In this document: in pieces, positions 51,606-64,000 of the stretch
Layout of the letters: each line of letters starts with the position of its first letter
Position numbering within the stretch: position 1 is the first letter of the stretch
NCBI RefSeq assembly: GCF_009914755.1
Contig: NC_060941.1
Length of the DNA: 64,000 bases
Direction: 5' to 3' (one strand)
Source of the DNA: the human T2T-CHM13v2.0 reference genome, Homo sapiens
Translations under genes and position numbers: made by a program
Notes under the pieces: model-generated
What the model was told of the DNA's origin: nothing
Seen by the model: only the letters and a program-made list of their open reading frames with translations
The model's database searches: none

Positions 51606-51830
51606 CAGTGGTTCTCAGCCAGGGGAATCCTCCTCCTAGGGGATATTTAACAATGTCTGGAGACACATTTGGTTGTCACAATTCATGTGTGTATGCATTG
51701 GGAAAACAGTATTACTGGCATCTAGTAAGTAGGGGCCAAGGGTGCTGCCAAACATCCTACTATGCACAGAACAGCTCCCCACAGCAAAATGACATTATCA
51801 AGTCCATAATATCGAGGTTGAGAAATTCTG
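51606..51830 (+). mobile_element. MER20, near full length
   Basis: CAGTGGTTCTCAGCCAGGGG...GAGGTTGAGAAATTCTG termini. Confidence 0.82.
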
Positions 51831-52644
51831 AACTAAGAAATAAACAAAAAACTTTTAGCACTGTATCTAGCCCGTAGGAACCAATATACACATGATAGCA
51901 TTTATTATTTTTATTAGCCAGGCTATGCTTTACAATAATAAGAACATCTAATGTGTCCTCAGTGCTTCCTATGTGCCAGAATCTAAGCATATAATATATT
52001 TTTAATTACATTATCCTATCCTTACAGAACCCCTGTATGTGTTAGGTGTTTGTTTTATCATTGATGTTTTACATACAGAAAATTATCACAAGCATGGATT
52101 ATGAAACTTGTACAAGGTCACAACAAGGTAAATCTCGGACTTGAAGCTGGGATCCACCTTCAGAATCCAAGTCCTTGACCTTGATGCTATATTGTCTCCC
52201 CCCAGTACAAAGGAGAGAGCTAGTTAACCTTGCCTCATTGAGCTTTCATTTTGGAGAAAGAAACATAAAATATAAGTAGTAAGTAAACACGTAAGTGAAC
52301 AATTTATAACCTCTGCCTTGTGCTTTCAAGGAAATAGATATGCTAAAGAATAACAGGGAGGATTTAATTTAGCTGACAGTGTAGTTAGGAAAAGGCATTT
52401 TGGGGAGATAAATTTTTAAGCGATGAGAAGGAGACAGCCAAGCACATGAGGAGCCAACAGAAGGGCACTCTAGCCACAGGAAGATCAAACCCAAAGATCC
52501 CACAGCGAGAAGGTGCCTCGAGGCCAATGTGAGCAGGCGGTCAACAGACCACATCATGCTGGGCTGGTTGCAGCCATGGTAAAGATTTTGGATCAATTCT
52601 AAGTGAGAGGTTGTACATGGGAGATTGACATGACCTCATTTGCG

Positions 52645-52970
52645 TTTTTTTTTGTTTGTTTGTTTGTTTTTTTTTTTTTTTTTTGAGATGGAGTTTCTCT
52701 ATTGTTGCCCAGGCTGGAGTGCAATAGCGCTATCTCAGCTCACCGCAACCTTGGCCTCCCGGCCGGGTTCAAGCAATTCTCCTGCCTCAGTCTCCCGAGG
52801 AGCTGGAATTACAGGCATTCACCACCACGCCTGGCTAATTTTGTATTTTTGGTAGAGATGGTGCTTCTCCATGTTGGTCAGATTGGTCTCTAACTCCTGA
52901 CCTCAGGTGATCTGCCTGCCTCAGCCTCCCAAAGTTCTGGGATTACAGGCAGGAGCCACCGTGCCCGGAC
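52645..52970 (-). mobile_element. AluS inserted in an L2 relic, TSD CTCATTTGC
   Basis: Alu consensus. Confidence 0.9.
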
Positions 52971-53933
52971 CTCATTTGCATTTTTAAGGACTGTTCTTGC
53001 TGCAGTGTGAGGCAAGAGTGGAAATGGAAGGACAGGAAACCTCTGTAGCATTGAACGCCACTGTGCGACCTTCCTTCATAAACACTCCCTCTGACATTGA
53101 GCTCATGTTCAAGGTCAATAGCATTTCCTCTTGGAAGTTGTGGTCCTTTGGCTTCTGTCCATCATTTTACCCAAACTTGGCCTAGACATACCACTAAATG
53201 GTACTCATATATTATTCTAGCTTTTGTTTTGCAATTTAGATAATTATCCATTTTTTTTTCATTAAATCTGATTTCTCTTGTCTTAAATCCTGGATCTTTT
53301 ACCATTAGCCCAGAATCACCATTGTCCTTCAAGAATTTCAGTGTATCTGCAATAATACCCTCAACTGCTCTATCACTACATTACATCATCAGGGCCAAGA
53401 AATGTTTCAATAATTGTAGGAAAGTTTCTGTGGTATATACCTTCTTAAAGACCTATGAGGTTTTACTCGCTAATGGACTCTTATTGTTACACAAGTCACA
53501 CATAATCTTTAATTATAGCATATAGCTAGAGGACAGTCATTAAATATGAAGACTCATGGCTCTGCAACCACATAGGCAGGAGTTGTCATTATTCTGACAG
53601 TGGTTTCTGGTGTCATGCTGGGTGAGGGCATTAAATTCGACAAAGTTCATGGGATGCATAAATCAATAAAGCAAAGATATCTGACTTTAAGGAAGATATA
53701 TTTCCTTTTAAAATCTTTATTTTTCACTCAATAAAAGGCATAGTATATATGATATGTAGCCCTTCTCAGAAACAAACTGTTTTTGGAATTAAGTATATAA
53801 ATTTTTAATCAATCTTCTTTATTCAATGCATAAATCACACTAAGTGATTATGGATCAACTACATAGTCTATTATTGCCATCAATATTCTTTGTAGGTAGC
53901 ACTAATGACCATATTCCTGTACGTTTTACTGAC

Positions 53934-54025
53934 CTGTCCTGCAGTTGGTTTTGTGTCTCCAGTTATCATCTTAATAGTTGTACTTTTACCAGCTCCATTG
54001 TGTCCTAACAGTCCTATAACTTCAC
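53934..54025 (-). CDS. ABCA9: ABCA9 exon, 92 nt ([31 protein letters not shown]), NBD2 Walker A
   Basis: CAG| ... |GTCAGT; GHNGAGKST. Confidence 0.97.
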
Positions 54026-54084
54026 CTGAAAGAAAGTGGTATGCTCAGAAATATACAAATAATTGCAACAAAAATAAAAGCAAA

Positions 54085-54149
54085 TACCATTTGAGGGCTG
54101 TGTGTCAAGTGCTATGTGAAATGTGCTATATATATTATTTCCCTTATTC

Positions 54150-54210
<61 letters not shown>

Positions 54211-54345
54211 CTGAGCATTATAACTAGCTTCATTTTACAGGTGAGGAAGCTAAGACTTAAAGAGGATAAATAAGTTGCCCCATGTCATACAGACAGTAAG
54301 AGGCTGAGCTGGAAGTTGTAACATATTTTGATTTCAAAGCCTGTT
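54085..54345 (+). mobile_element. MIR interrupted by a (TC)n(AC)n microsatellite at ~54150-54207
   Basis: CATTTTACAGGTGAGGAAGCTAAGACTTAAAGAGGATAAATAAGTTGCCCCATGTCATACAG (MIR core). Confidence 0.75.
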
Positions 54346-54725
54346 GTACGAACCCCCCACTTTCACGAAATGGGCTGTTTTGGGGGAATGGAGAAAGCAC
54401 TGTTATGCCTCCATTGGCTCCCTTCTGTGTAGTATTCGCTGCAATAACATTGTTACCTAAAAACTATACCATCCTTCTTAACAGAAAGACCGCCTCTTTT
54501 CATTGTTGTTGTTCTGTTTGTTTGTGTTACAGAACAGACATAACTGTCTTCCTATGTAAAGAAAAAAAGGTCGTTATCATTTCAACTGAGGCTTTTAAGC
54601 AGGAGGAGCAGGCTTAGCCTGCTGCGTTTGTCAATAGATGTCCCCAGATTCAGATACTCTTATTCCCTGAATAATCCAGTCTTCAGATTCAAGATTGCTC
54701 TACTAATGGAACTACTGTTTCCAAC

Positions 54726-54843
54726 CTTTTTTAACACAAAAAGAGACATTTCTTGTGGCAATTGTTTTCTTCCTTTTAGAAAAGCAATTTTTCTTTTTGC
54801 CTGCATATTCCTTCCGTAGACAGCTGGCAATGATGACGGGTGT
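54726..54843 (-). CDS. ABCA9: ABCA9 exon, 118 nt ([39 protein letters not shown])
   Basis: CAG| ... |GTTGGA. Confidence 0.95.
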
Positions 54844-55309
54844 CTGTAAAGACAAGTAAATAACAACGGGACTTTATTCGCATCTTGAACTGAGAGGGTG
54901 TTCCACACTCTTGTCACCAAACCTTTCCTTATACAAAATCATGAATCAAACCACTTCTTCCCCTAGAAACTGCCATTTTCAAGTGAACTCTTACAGTCTA
55001 CATTCCTGCAAGGAAAGGGCATTTGCACCATATCCTGGGATTTGTTCTTTGGAGAGCAGGAATAGAGACAGTCACTGAACCAACAGATTTGATAAGACAC
55101 ACACTCCCATAAACAATCATGCACACAAACACACACGCACCGCAGACAAGCTCTCTCTCAGTGACTTGCAGTAAGCTTCACTTTGGTTATAAAACACAAA
55201 ATCTTACTTAAGTTTTGTAATGTTTAGCTGTACTTATCAAAACCACAACCCTGAAAAATAAATCAATACAAGTCAATATCTGTGTGTGTGTATGCACATG
55301 CATGTGTTT

Positions 55310-55565
55310 CTTGAGACAGAATCTTGCTCTGTCACCCAAACTAGGGTGCAATGGTGCAAGTATATCTCACTGTAGCCTTGAACTCTCAGGCTCAAGTGAG
55401 CTTCCAGCCTCAGCCTTCTGAGTAGCTAGGACTACAGGCACATGCCACCAGGCTCATCTAATTTTTTTATTTTTAATTTTGTAGAAATGGGATCTTACTT
55501 GTTGCCCAGGCTGGTCTCAAACACCTGACCCTAAGTGATCTTCCCACTTCAGCCTCCCAAAGTGC
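55310..55565 (-). mobile_element. AluJ
   Basis: Diverged Alu. Confidence 0.85.
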
Positions 55566-55749
55566 ATTGTGTGTGTTTTCTTTGCTCTCTTACATTTGTG
55601 GGCCTTGCATACCTGCTGAAGTCAAGTAATAAGCTGTATGTGTAAGAATGAAAGAACCCCAAGTGTTTTTCGAAAACTAAACTTAGAAAGTTTCTCACTT
55701 TATCTGTCAGAAAAAAAAATAGTTGACGAAGAACATTTCTGAGTTCTAC

Positions 55750-55870
55750 CTCATCAAAGTCTCGCACAGCCATAGCATTCACTGTTCTCATTCTTTCCAT
55801 CTGGATATCTTCCTCCTCTCCTTCAGGCTCTTCTGGGTTTGGAAAAATAGCGTTGCTTCTTGGAGAAATT
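55750..55870 (-). CDS. ABCA9: ABCA9 exon, 121 nt ([40 protein letters not shown])
   Basis: CAG| ... |GTAGAA. Confidence 0.95.
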
Positions 55871-57087
55871 CTGAAATCAAAACAGTGTGATAATGATAAA
55901 CTTCGGGTTAAAAATCTTGTATCAAAATTAATGAATTTTCTCTATACTTCCAATTTTTGGAGTAGATTCATTCTGAGCACAACATCCTCTCTATTCTTCT
56001 ACTTGCACCATCCGCCTTTCAAACAGCCTAGTTTCCTTCAGTGAGTAGAGTAATGATATCCTTATATCATCTTCGCTTTTTACCAAAGCTTAATCCTCCC
56101 TGTTGATGGTGACAGTTTTCTTTCAAAGAAGAAAGTGGTATACACCCTCTGGCAAAGGATTGTGAAGCAGAGTTGCATGAGGAAAGGCATCTAGGAACTA
56201 TAGTTTTGACAACAGATATTTTGGAATTCTGAGGTCTTTGTGAGAGCCATGAGTCCAAAGATTTGGAATCAAGGATGTGTCCCAGAGAATCCAGGATATC
56301 TAATCACCATACCAATGCCTAATTAGTTACTGAGCACAGTCACTTCTTGGGAATGTGTGACAGAATCACTCTTTCCTCTCTGCTACAGACTCGTTCTTGC
56401 CTTCATCATCCCACCATTGATTCCTGCTCATTCTTTTATCTCTCCCTCATGCCACGCTCTGACATTCTGGTTGCCTGTTGGTTTCCTAAAACATGGCTGT
56501 CATCTTGTCACTCTTCTCTGCTACCACAAACATTAGACTTAAGCTTGGTTTATATTTTATATGGAAGGCTAAGTGTTCAAGACACATTGGTGTCTTGGTT
56601 TCACATTATGTAATTTGCAAAACCTTTCCTATACTTTTCTGTTTCAAGATCCTCCAATATCTAGCCTCACTTTCATTTTTCATCATCCCCCAACATAAGC
56701 CTACAAAGGAGCTCCTGGTGCCTTCATCTCATCCTTGGTTTTATTGCACAAACTATTCTTCCTTCCCGGATTGGATTAACTTTCCCAATGCTTATCTATA
56801 TTTACCCATTATTTTAGAGATTCCACCTCTTACACATAACTTTCCTCTATAGTAAAATTATGGTCTGCCTTAATTTTCCAGTGTCTCGTGTGTGCTAATA
56901 TGGTTTCTCTCTCTAGATTGTAAGCTCAGTATATATTCCTATATTATGGGTTATAAGAATTTTGTATATCACAGTCTTTAAAAACCATCCTGTGAAGTGT
57001 CTTTTACTTAATTAATTCAGCACATTAAAAAGTCCTTAAAGAATGAATATCAAAATGAAACATGAAATTCGATTTGATTTTCTCAAC

Positions 57088-57179
57088 CTGAACACAGGAT
57101 CCTTTCTCATTAGTTTCTTCCTGCAGTTCATTTCTAGGCATCGCAGAATGAAAAGAAAAATGAGAAAATGAAGGTAAGG
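57088..57179 (-). CDS. ABCA9: ABCA9 exon, 92 nt (PYLHFLIFLFILRCLEMNCRKKLMRKDPVF), last TM helix
   Basis: TAG| ... |GTTGAG. Confidence 0.94.
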
Positions 57180-57407
57180 CTAGGGAAAAAGAAAGACAAT
57201 CACAATTAGTATCACTATAAATGCAATGATTTCAATATTGGAATTGATTTAAAGAGTTTGATTATATAAAAATTCGATTTGATAGCATTCATTTTTACAA
57301 GGCTGAAAGACAACCTGTAATATTCTTTGAAACTGTCAAAGTTAGCCTCACTGCTATTCAGAGAGAGCCTAACAGAAATATAATAGTAGCAAGTGAAACC
57401 AGTACTA

Positions 57408-57752
<345 letters not shown>

Positions 57753-57927
57753 TTAAAAGCCATCGTGTGTGTGTGTGTGTGCACGCATGCATGCATGTGC
57801 ATGTGTGTGTTGCTTCAAATGCCTAAAATGTCCAAACCTTCTTAATTTGATGCAATTCAGAGAAACTCAAAACATACAAAAGTTGTGTTCCCTCATGCAA
57901 GAATGTTGAAAAAAAAAGTCTTCTTAC

Positions 57928-57996
57928 TATTAGCAGTGCCAGGTATACAATTTCAGATTCTGAAGCTCCTAAGTAATCCATGGAATCAGGAGAAAT
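57928..57996 (-). CDS. ABCA9: ABCA9 exon, 69 nt (ISPDSMDYLGASESEIVYLALLI)
   Basis: CAG| ... |GTAAGA; phase 0-0. Confidence 0.92.
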
Positions 57997-58752
57997 CTGT
58001 AAAATGAGCAGTAAGTGTATTCAGGTGAACCTTCTTTATTTATTCATGGAATTTATCCCACTTAAGATAAACTGATGCCTATTCAATGGCCTTACAACCA
58101 TTCGACCTGATGCTCCCTTGGGTATCATGTAAAAGTTAATTTCGGACTGTGCAGTATGTCTTCTTTGCTTCCAGTGTGTCTCTAGGCCGGGATGCCTTTG
58201 TATGTAACACTGTGAGTCAGCAGGAGTTGCTCTGTTAGGAGAATCCTGGGCTGGTGCTGGCAGGATCCTTTGAAGCAATGCCAAGTCTGTCTTAAGACAA
58301 ACCCTCTCCCCTAACCTTACCTGTATTTCTGTCTTCATTTGTGCTCTTCCCTCGATTATGCCCCCAAGGGCCCTGGAATCTTTATATTGCTCTTGCCCTC
58401 TTACAGCCACTTTTGAGAGTAATTATGACAATCTTTTCAAACTGAAGACAAAGTTCTTCCCCTAGAGTTTCACACGTATACATATAAGTGCATTTTTCCA
58501 ACATTCCCCACTCTTTTGCAAATAAAAGGTAAAAGGACAATTTTGTTTCTTGAGCTATATTTACCAACAAGTTTCCTGAGCAATTTTAAACGCTTTGCAG
58601 TAGATTTCTAACTATCACAGCCATCCACCATCTAGAAAAGATGACTTTTCCACATTGGATGATGTGCACGACCTTGACATCATTTCAAATGATTTTGTTT
58701 TCTTAGGTGCCCCAGTTGCCCACTTTCAATAATTGCACCTCATCCAAACTGA

Positions 58753-59124
<372 letters not shown>

Positions 59125-59499
59125 TAGTGTTCTTACTCCATAATTTGGAATTGGAGAACCTCTAACCCACCAACTCCTTTTCCACTGTCCATAATCACCC
59201 TCATGTCCTTAACTTCATTTTCTAGCTTAGAATCCATTATATCTTCAATTCCTTTTTATATAGAACTACTGCTCACATATTCTTTTCTTTGTCAAATTTG
59301 CCTGCCAAGTGTCCAACCCTGATTGAACCCAACTCTCTGCCTTTCCTAAACTGCATTTAAAAGCAGGCTGTAATAAGAGAAACTCTCTACTTTGCTGACT
59401 TCGCTGAAAAGTAGGGCAGAGGGTCTTCGGCACTGTCTGTCCATCCTAATGACCTACGTTCTGAAATAGTTTTTCACATCTTTTTTTCTCCAAATCCCA

Positions 59500-60510
59500 A
59501 GCCCCCTTGGCCAAGTTAATGACTTCCCCTCTTACTTTCCTAAAAAAGGTAGAATCAGTCAGAAGAGAATCATCTCATCTTTCTACCAGCAAAGCCACTA
59601 AACTCTCTGCCTCCTATGTTCATATTCTCTGATTATAATTTCATATTAAGCATGTGGAATGTCCCTGCTTTTATGGACAGCACCCCCTCCACTTGTGGAC
59701 TTTACGCTATTTTTTCTCACCTATTCATGGACTTGACTCATGAGGTAACCTCTATCTCTCTTTTCCAGCATGAATTTCTCTAACATCAGCATAGTATTTT
59801 CCTTCTTAGCACAGACAAAAATCTACCCTCCCTATTCATTTATTCTTGAATTTTTCTGCTACGCTTTTTGCCACATCTCCTAGAAATATTTGCCTGTACT
59901 CACAGTCACCACATCCTCCCCTCACATTTTCTACTAAGTTCACTCTTACTGTGCTTTTGCATTGACACTTTCATTAAAATCGACCTTGTGAAGCTCACCA
60001 ATGACGTTCGTGTAGTCATAGCCAATGGTCTCTTTTCAGTTGTCATCTTTCTAGAACTCACAATAGCATTTGATGGTTTAATCACTCCCTCCTTCTTGAA
60101 ATGTTCTTTATTGCCATCTGGCACACACCCTTATGAGCGTCTGAGAAGAGCCTCCAGCACACAGAAGGCTACCATTTTTGTTCTCTTATCTCCCTGGCTC
60201 CATCTCAAATGGATTCGCTGGCTCCTCCTCTTCACCAACTCTAAGTTTTGGAGTTCAAGATCATGTATTTGCTTTCCAATCTCTAAATTTTGGAGTTTAA
60301 GGTCATGTCATTGGCCTTCTTTTTATTTCTATCTCTACTCACCGCGTAGGTCATATTATTGTCGCATGGCTTTTCATACCATTTATAAACTGATCAATCT
60401 CAAATATCTAGCTTTAACCCCCATCTCCACACACCCTGACACATTGAATTCCTGACTCATGTATCTAACTGGCTACTTGACATTTCTCAAACCTAACATA
60501 TCCAAAACTT
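59500..60510 (+). mobile_element. L2 relic(s)
   Basis: L2-like motifs (AAGCTCACCAATGAC..., TAGCATTTGA, TATCTAACTGGCTACTTGACATTTC). Confidence 0.6.
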
Positions 60511-60805
60511 AACAAAAAAGGGGCATCTCTTTGGCCTCCCAGTAGGGTTCCCAGCAGTGAGAGTTATCATGAGAACTAAACTTCCACTCTCCTGGAGTTG
60601 CCTTTGACTTTCATAAACCAAAGCTGGCTTCCTACTGAATCAGAACATGCCCCTTATCCATGCGTGGCAAGAGAACTGACTTTCCAAAGACAGAGACTTT
60701 TAAACTTTGCACAGCTGAGGACTCTATCTATATTTTTGCAATATTCATGGCTTTCTCAAATGACCACACATTTCATGACCCTCAGACAGAAGTGGAACTA
60801 CTTAC

Positions 60806-60925
60806 CTCAGAAAAAATGAATAGAGAGCCAATCAATGTGAAGGGAGGTATTAACATGGTGCCAAAAAATAGCCCTAGAAATCCATATTCATTTAGATCAG
60901 TAGCAACTATCGAGAAGATGACCAC
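60806..60925 (-). CDS. ABCA9: ABCA9 exon, 120 nt (VVIFSIVATDLNEYGFLGLFFGTMLIPPFTLIGSLFIFSE); gene continues right of the window
   Basis: TAG| ... |GTAAGT; hydrophobic TMD2 segment. Confidence 0.93.
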
Positions 60926-61823
60926 CTAAAACAAATGCACAGTATAGCGTCATTAAAGTGTACCAATCTGAATTTTAGGATGTTTTCTAAGAGGGTGGGA
61001 ATTCATTTATAAACGTTGTTATTTTCAATTTCACTCCCCAAACCAGTATTTATATCATTTCTTTCCTTTGCAACATGGAATTTCATCACAGTTTTGTATG
61101 GGATTTATTATTAATTTCTTAAAAGACACAGTGATGCTTCTCAATCTCAATGGCATACAAATCAGGTGAGACTCTTGCTAAAATTTAGATTCTGATAAAG
61201 TGATTATTTATTGTACATTACTCTGCATTTTTCTTTTTTTCATTTCACAATAGTTCATAGACATCCTTTTAGGCTTAGGCAAACCAGCTATTTGTTTTCT
61301 TGGCAATTATTTGTTTGAATGGATGTGCAAAATTCAACAACTTTGCCTTCAGAAAACATGTTTTTAATTTTTCTGCTCCTATGAATGATGGTCTACATAG
61401 GTCTTTATGTATGGACACTTTTAGTCTGGAAGGAGAGATTCTGAAAAGTGTAACTGCAGGTTAAAATTTATGTGCACTTAAAATTTTAACAGTTGCTAAC
61501 ATTTTGTGTAAAGTTTGTGACATCTATTCTACAAACCATGAATTAGAGTACACGTCACACCACACATCATTGACACAGGAGGTCATATTATTTATTGTAG
61601 GCATCGTTGATTTTATTGCTGATATTAAGTAAATAACTTTATAATTTTACCATTTAATATGACATTTACCATTGGTTTGGGTAATTTGTCCCTCTTGTGT
61701 TACTATTTTCTTTATATTAGGTCTTTTTAAGGAACTATATGGTCTTTACTTGACTTATATAGTTTTCTTCCTTTAGCTGCTAATACTGAACCATTATTGT
61801 GTTCTGAAATAAATCATACTTGA

Positions 61824-62141
<318 letters not shown>

Positions 62142-62534
62142 AAATTATTCTTTTGCAAACTTATTTCTGTGTTTGCTTTCTTTCTATTTAGAGAGTTGTC
62201 TTTAATTTTTCCAAGTGAATTTATCAATGGGTTTTCAAAGCTTTTTAAAGTTTTATTATTAAATTTATGCTTGCTTTACAAAAGGAACTCTTCAACTTTA
62301 TGAATTTTTTCTATTAAATATTTAAGTATTCTATGATTCCCAAAGTTATTTGATCTTCCTAAATGTTTAAGTGAATTCAGTGGTCCTTATCAGTGCTTTT
62401 GCAATTTTTCTTTTCTTGAATTCTTTATTTCCTGGTTGTATTAATTTTAACCCTAAGTGGTTCCTCTTTCATGTGGCTGTAATTTGTTCCTGGGTATTTT
62501 TTTTCTTTTTTTTTTTTTTTGTTAAAAGGATTTT

Positions 62535-63175
62535 ATTATTTATTTATTCATTTTTTGGAGCAGTTTTAGCTTCACAGCAAAATTGAGTGGCAGGTTAAGA
62601 GATTTCTCATATACCCCCTGCCCTCATACAGGCACAGCCTCCGCCATTATTAACATTCCCCAACAAAGCAGTACATTTGTTAGAATTGATGAGCCTTATT
62701 GACACATCTTTAACACCCAGAGTCCATAGTTTACATTAGAGCTTACTCTTGTTGTTGGACATTCTATAGGTTTGGACAAATTTTTAATTATATGTATCCA
62801 CCATTATAGTATCATACAGGCCTAAAAATCCTCAGTGATCCACCTATTCATCCCTCACTCCCTATGACCCCTGGCAACCATTGATCTTTTCACTGTCTCC
62901 ATAGTTTCGCCTTTTCCAGAATGTCATTTAGTTGTAATCATACAGTGTGTAGACTTTTCAGATTGGCTTCTTTCACTTAGTAATACGCATTTAAGTTTCC
63001 TCCATGTCTTTTCGTGACTTAAGAGCACATTTCTGTTTACCCAAAATAATATTCCATTGTCTGGATGTAACACAGTTTGTCTATTCACCATCTTGGACAT
63101 CTTGGTTGCTTCCAAGTTTTGACAATTATAATTAAAGCTGCTATAAACATCATTGTGCAGGTTTTTGTGTGGACC
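62535..63175 (-). mobile_element. Old L1M (L1MB/MC-like) 3' end
   Basis: TTCAGATTGGCTTCTTTCACTTAGTAAT, GGACATCTTGGTTGCTTCCAAGTTTT. Confidence 0.8.
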
Positions 63176-64000
63176 AACTAATATTTTTCAGTAGGGCTTT
63201 TAAAACGTTTACTTCCACATTTTATATTTGATTATGTCTGACCTTTCCTAGAACTGCAACTTGGTAGATATAATTTTGGAAGAGAGAAATTCCATTTCCT
63301 TTCCCTCAGATGTGTGAAAAGTGACACATGGAATTGTAGGAGATAAATCTGAGGCAGTTGGAAGTTTTCTCTTTTATGATTGGTTTTCATTTACTTCTTG
63401 GGAGCCTTTATTTGGAAGTTTCATATCATAATGAATATTGATCATTCCATAACAGTTCTTTCTAAATTTAAGAATTTCTTCTATTATATTTTTATACATA
63501 GAATTATTTTAAAAGAATTATACATATGTGTAACAATGGATTTGCTACATAAAAACTATTAATTATTCTTTTGTTGGATTGGTTTTGTATTTACATCTTT
63601 TCTTATTGTTGTCTTGCTGATTATGGGGATTATCTTAATCCTTTATTTATATATGTAATTAGATTTTCAGCCTTTTTCAGAATTCATTATTAATTCTGAA
63701 ATTGTGCTGATGGTTAGTGTGTTTATGTGGATCTAAAATTTCTTTTTTTTTTGTATTCAAGATGTTTTATCATTGTGACTCTGAGCTTTTGTCTTATTAA
63801 ATGTGTATTCTTTTAAAAAATCTATAGAGAATGCTTGAATGGAAGTTTTATTTGTTCTGCATTGTTTTGGAATACTTTATTAATTTCTTTCTTATTGGGA
63901 AGTCATGCAGCACCTTTTTATCTTGGACATGTATAACATATGTAGGTCTACTGAGATCTTCTATTTGCTCTGATAAAGTGCTTATTATTTCTGAACAGGC

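Noticed and set aside
59868-60455. 195-aa plus-strand ORF with an internal repeat (SKFWS x2)
   Set aside because: Lies in an L2 relic with a 42-bp tandem duplication (~60239-60320); non-ATG start, no homology recognised

Overview
Human genomic DNA from the chr17q24 ABCA transporter cluster; both genes are on the minus strand. The left part holds the 5' end of ABCA8: three coding exons (6844-6939, 5663-5867, 1856-2020), a non-coding first exon ending at 20132, and a probable 161-nt 5'UTR exon (14222-14382) derived from the inverted part of an L1. The right part holds the last 14 coding exons of ABCA9 (60925 down to the stop at 40825, covering the end of TMD2 and NBD2) and its 3'UTR. The rest is mostly Alu, L1, LTR, MER20 and L2/MIR repeats. 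Main observations: (1) an old, diverged tandem copy of the ABCA8 exon-1/intron-1 module about 10 kb upstream (26590-30550) with an intact splice donor and a THE1/MST LTR directly upstream, possibly the relic 5' end of a lost ABCA8 paralogue; (2) a ~400-bp non-TE inverted duplication in ABCA8 intron 1, which that copy polarises; (3) a ~600-bp GC-rich insert of unknown origin inside the relic copy; (4) a twin-primed L1 whose inversion supplies a uORF-bearing exon; (5) a twin-primed L1 with a 3' transduction in an ABCA9 intron; (6) a 59-bp copy of the ABCA8 TSS region inside a microsatellite. Coordinates and identities were read by eye, and repeat subfamily calls are approximate.
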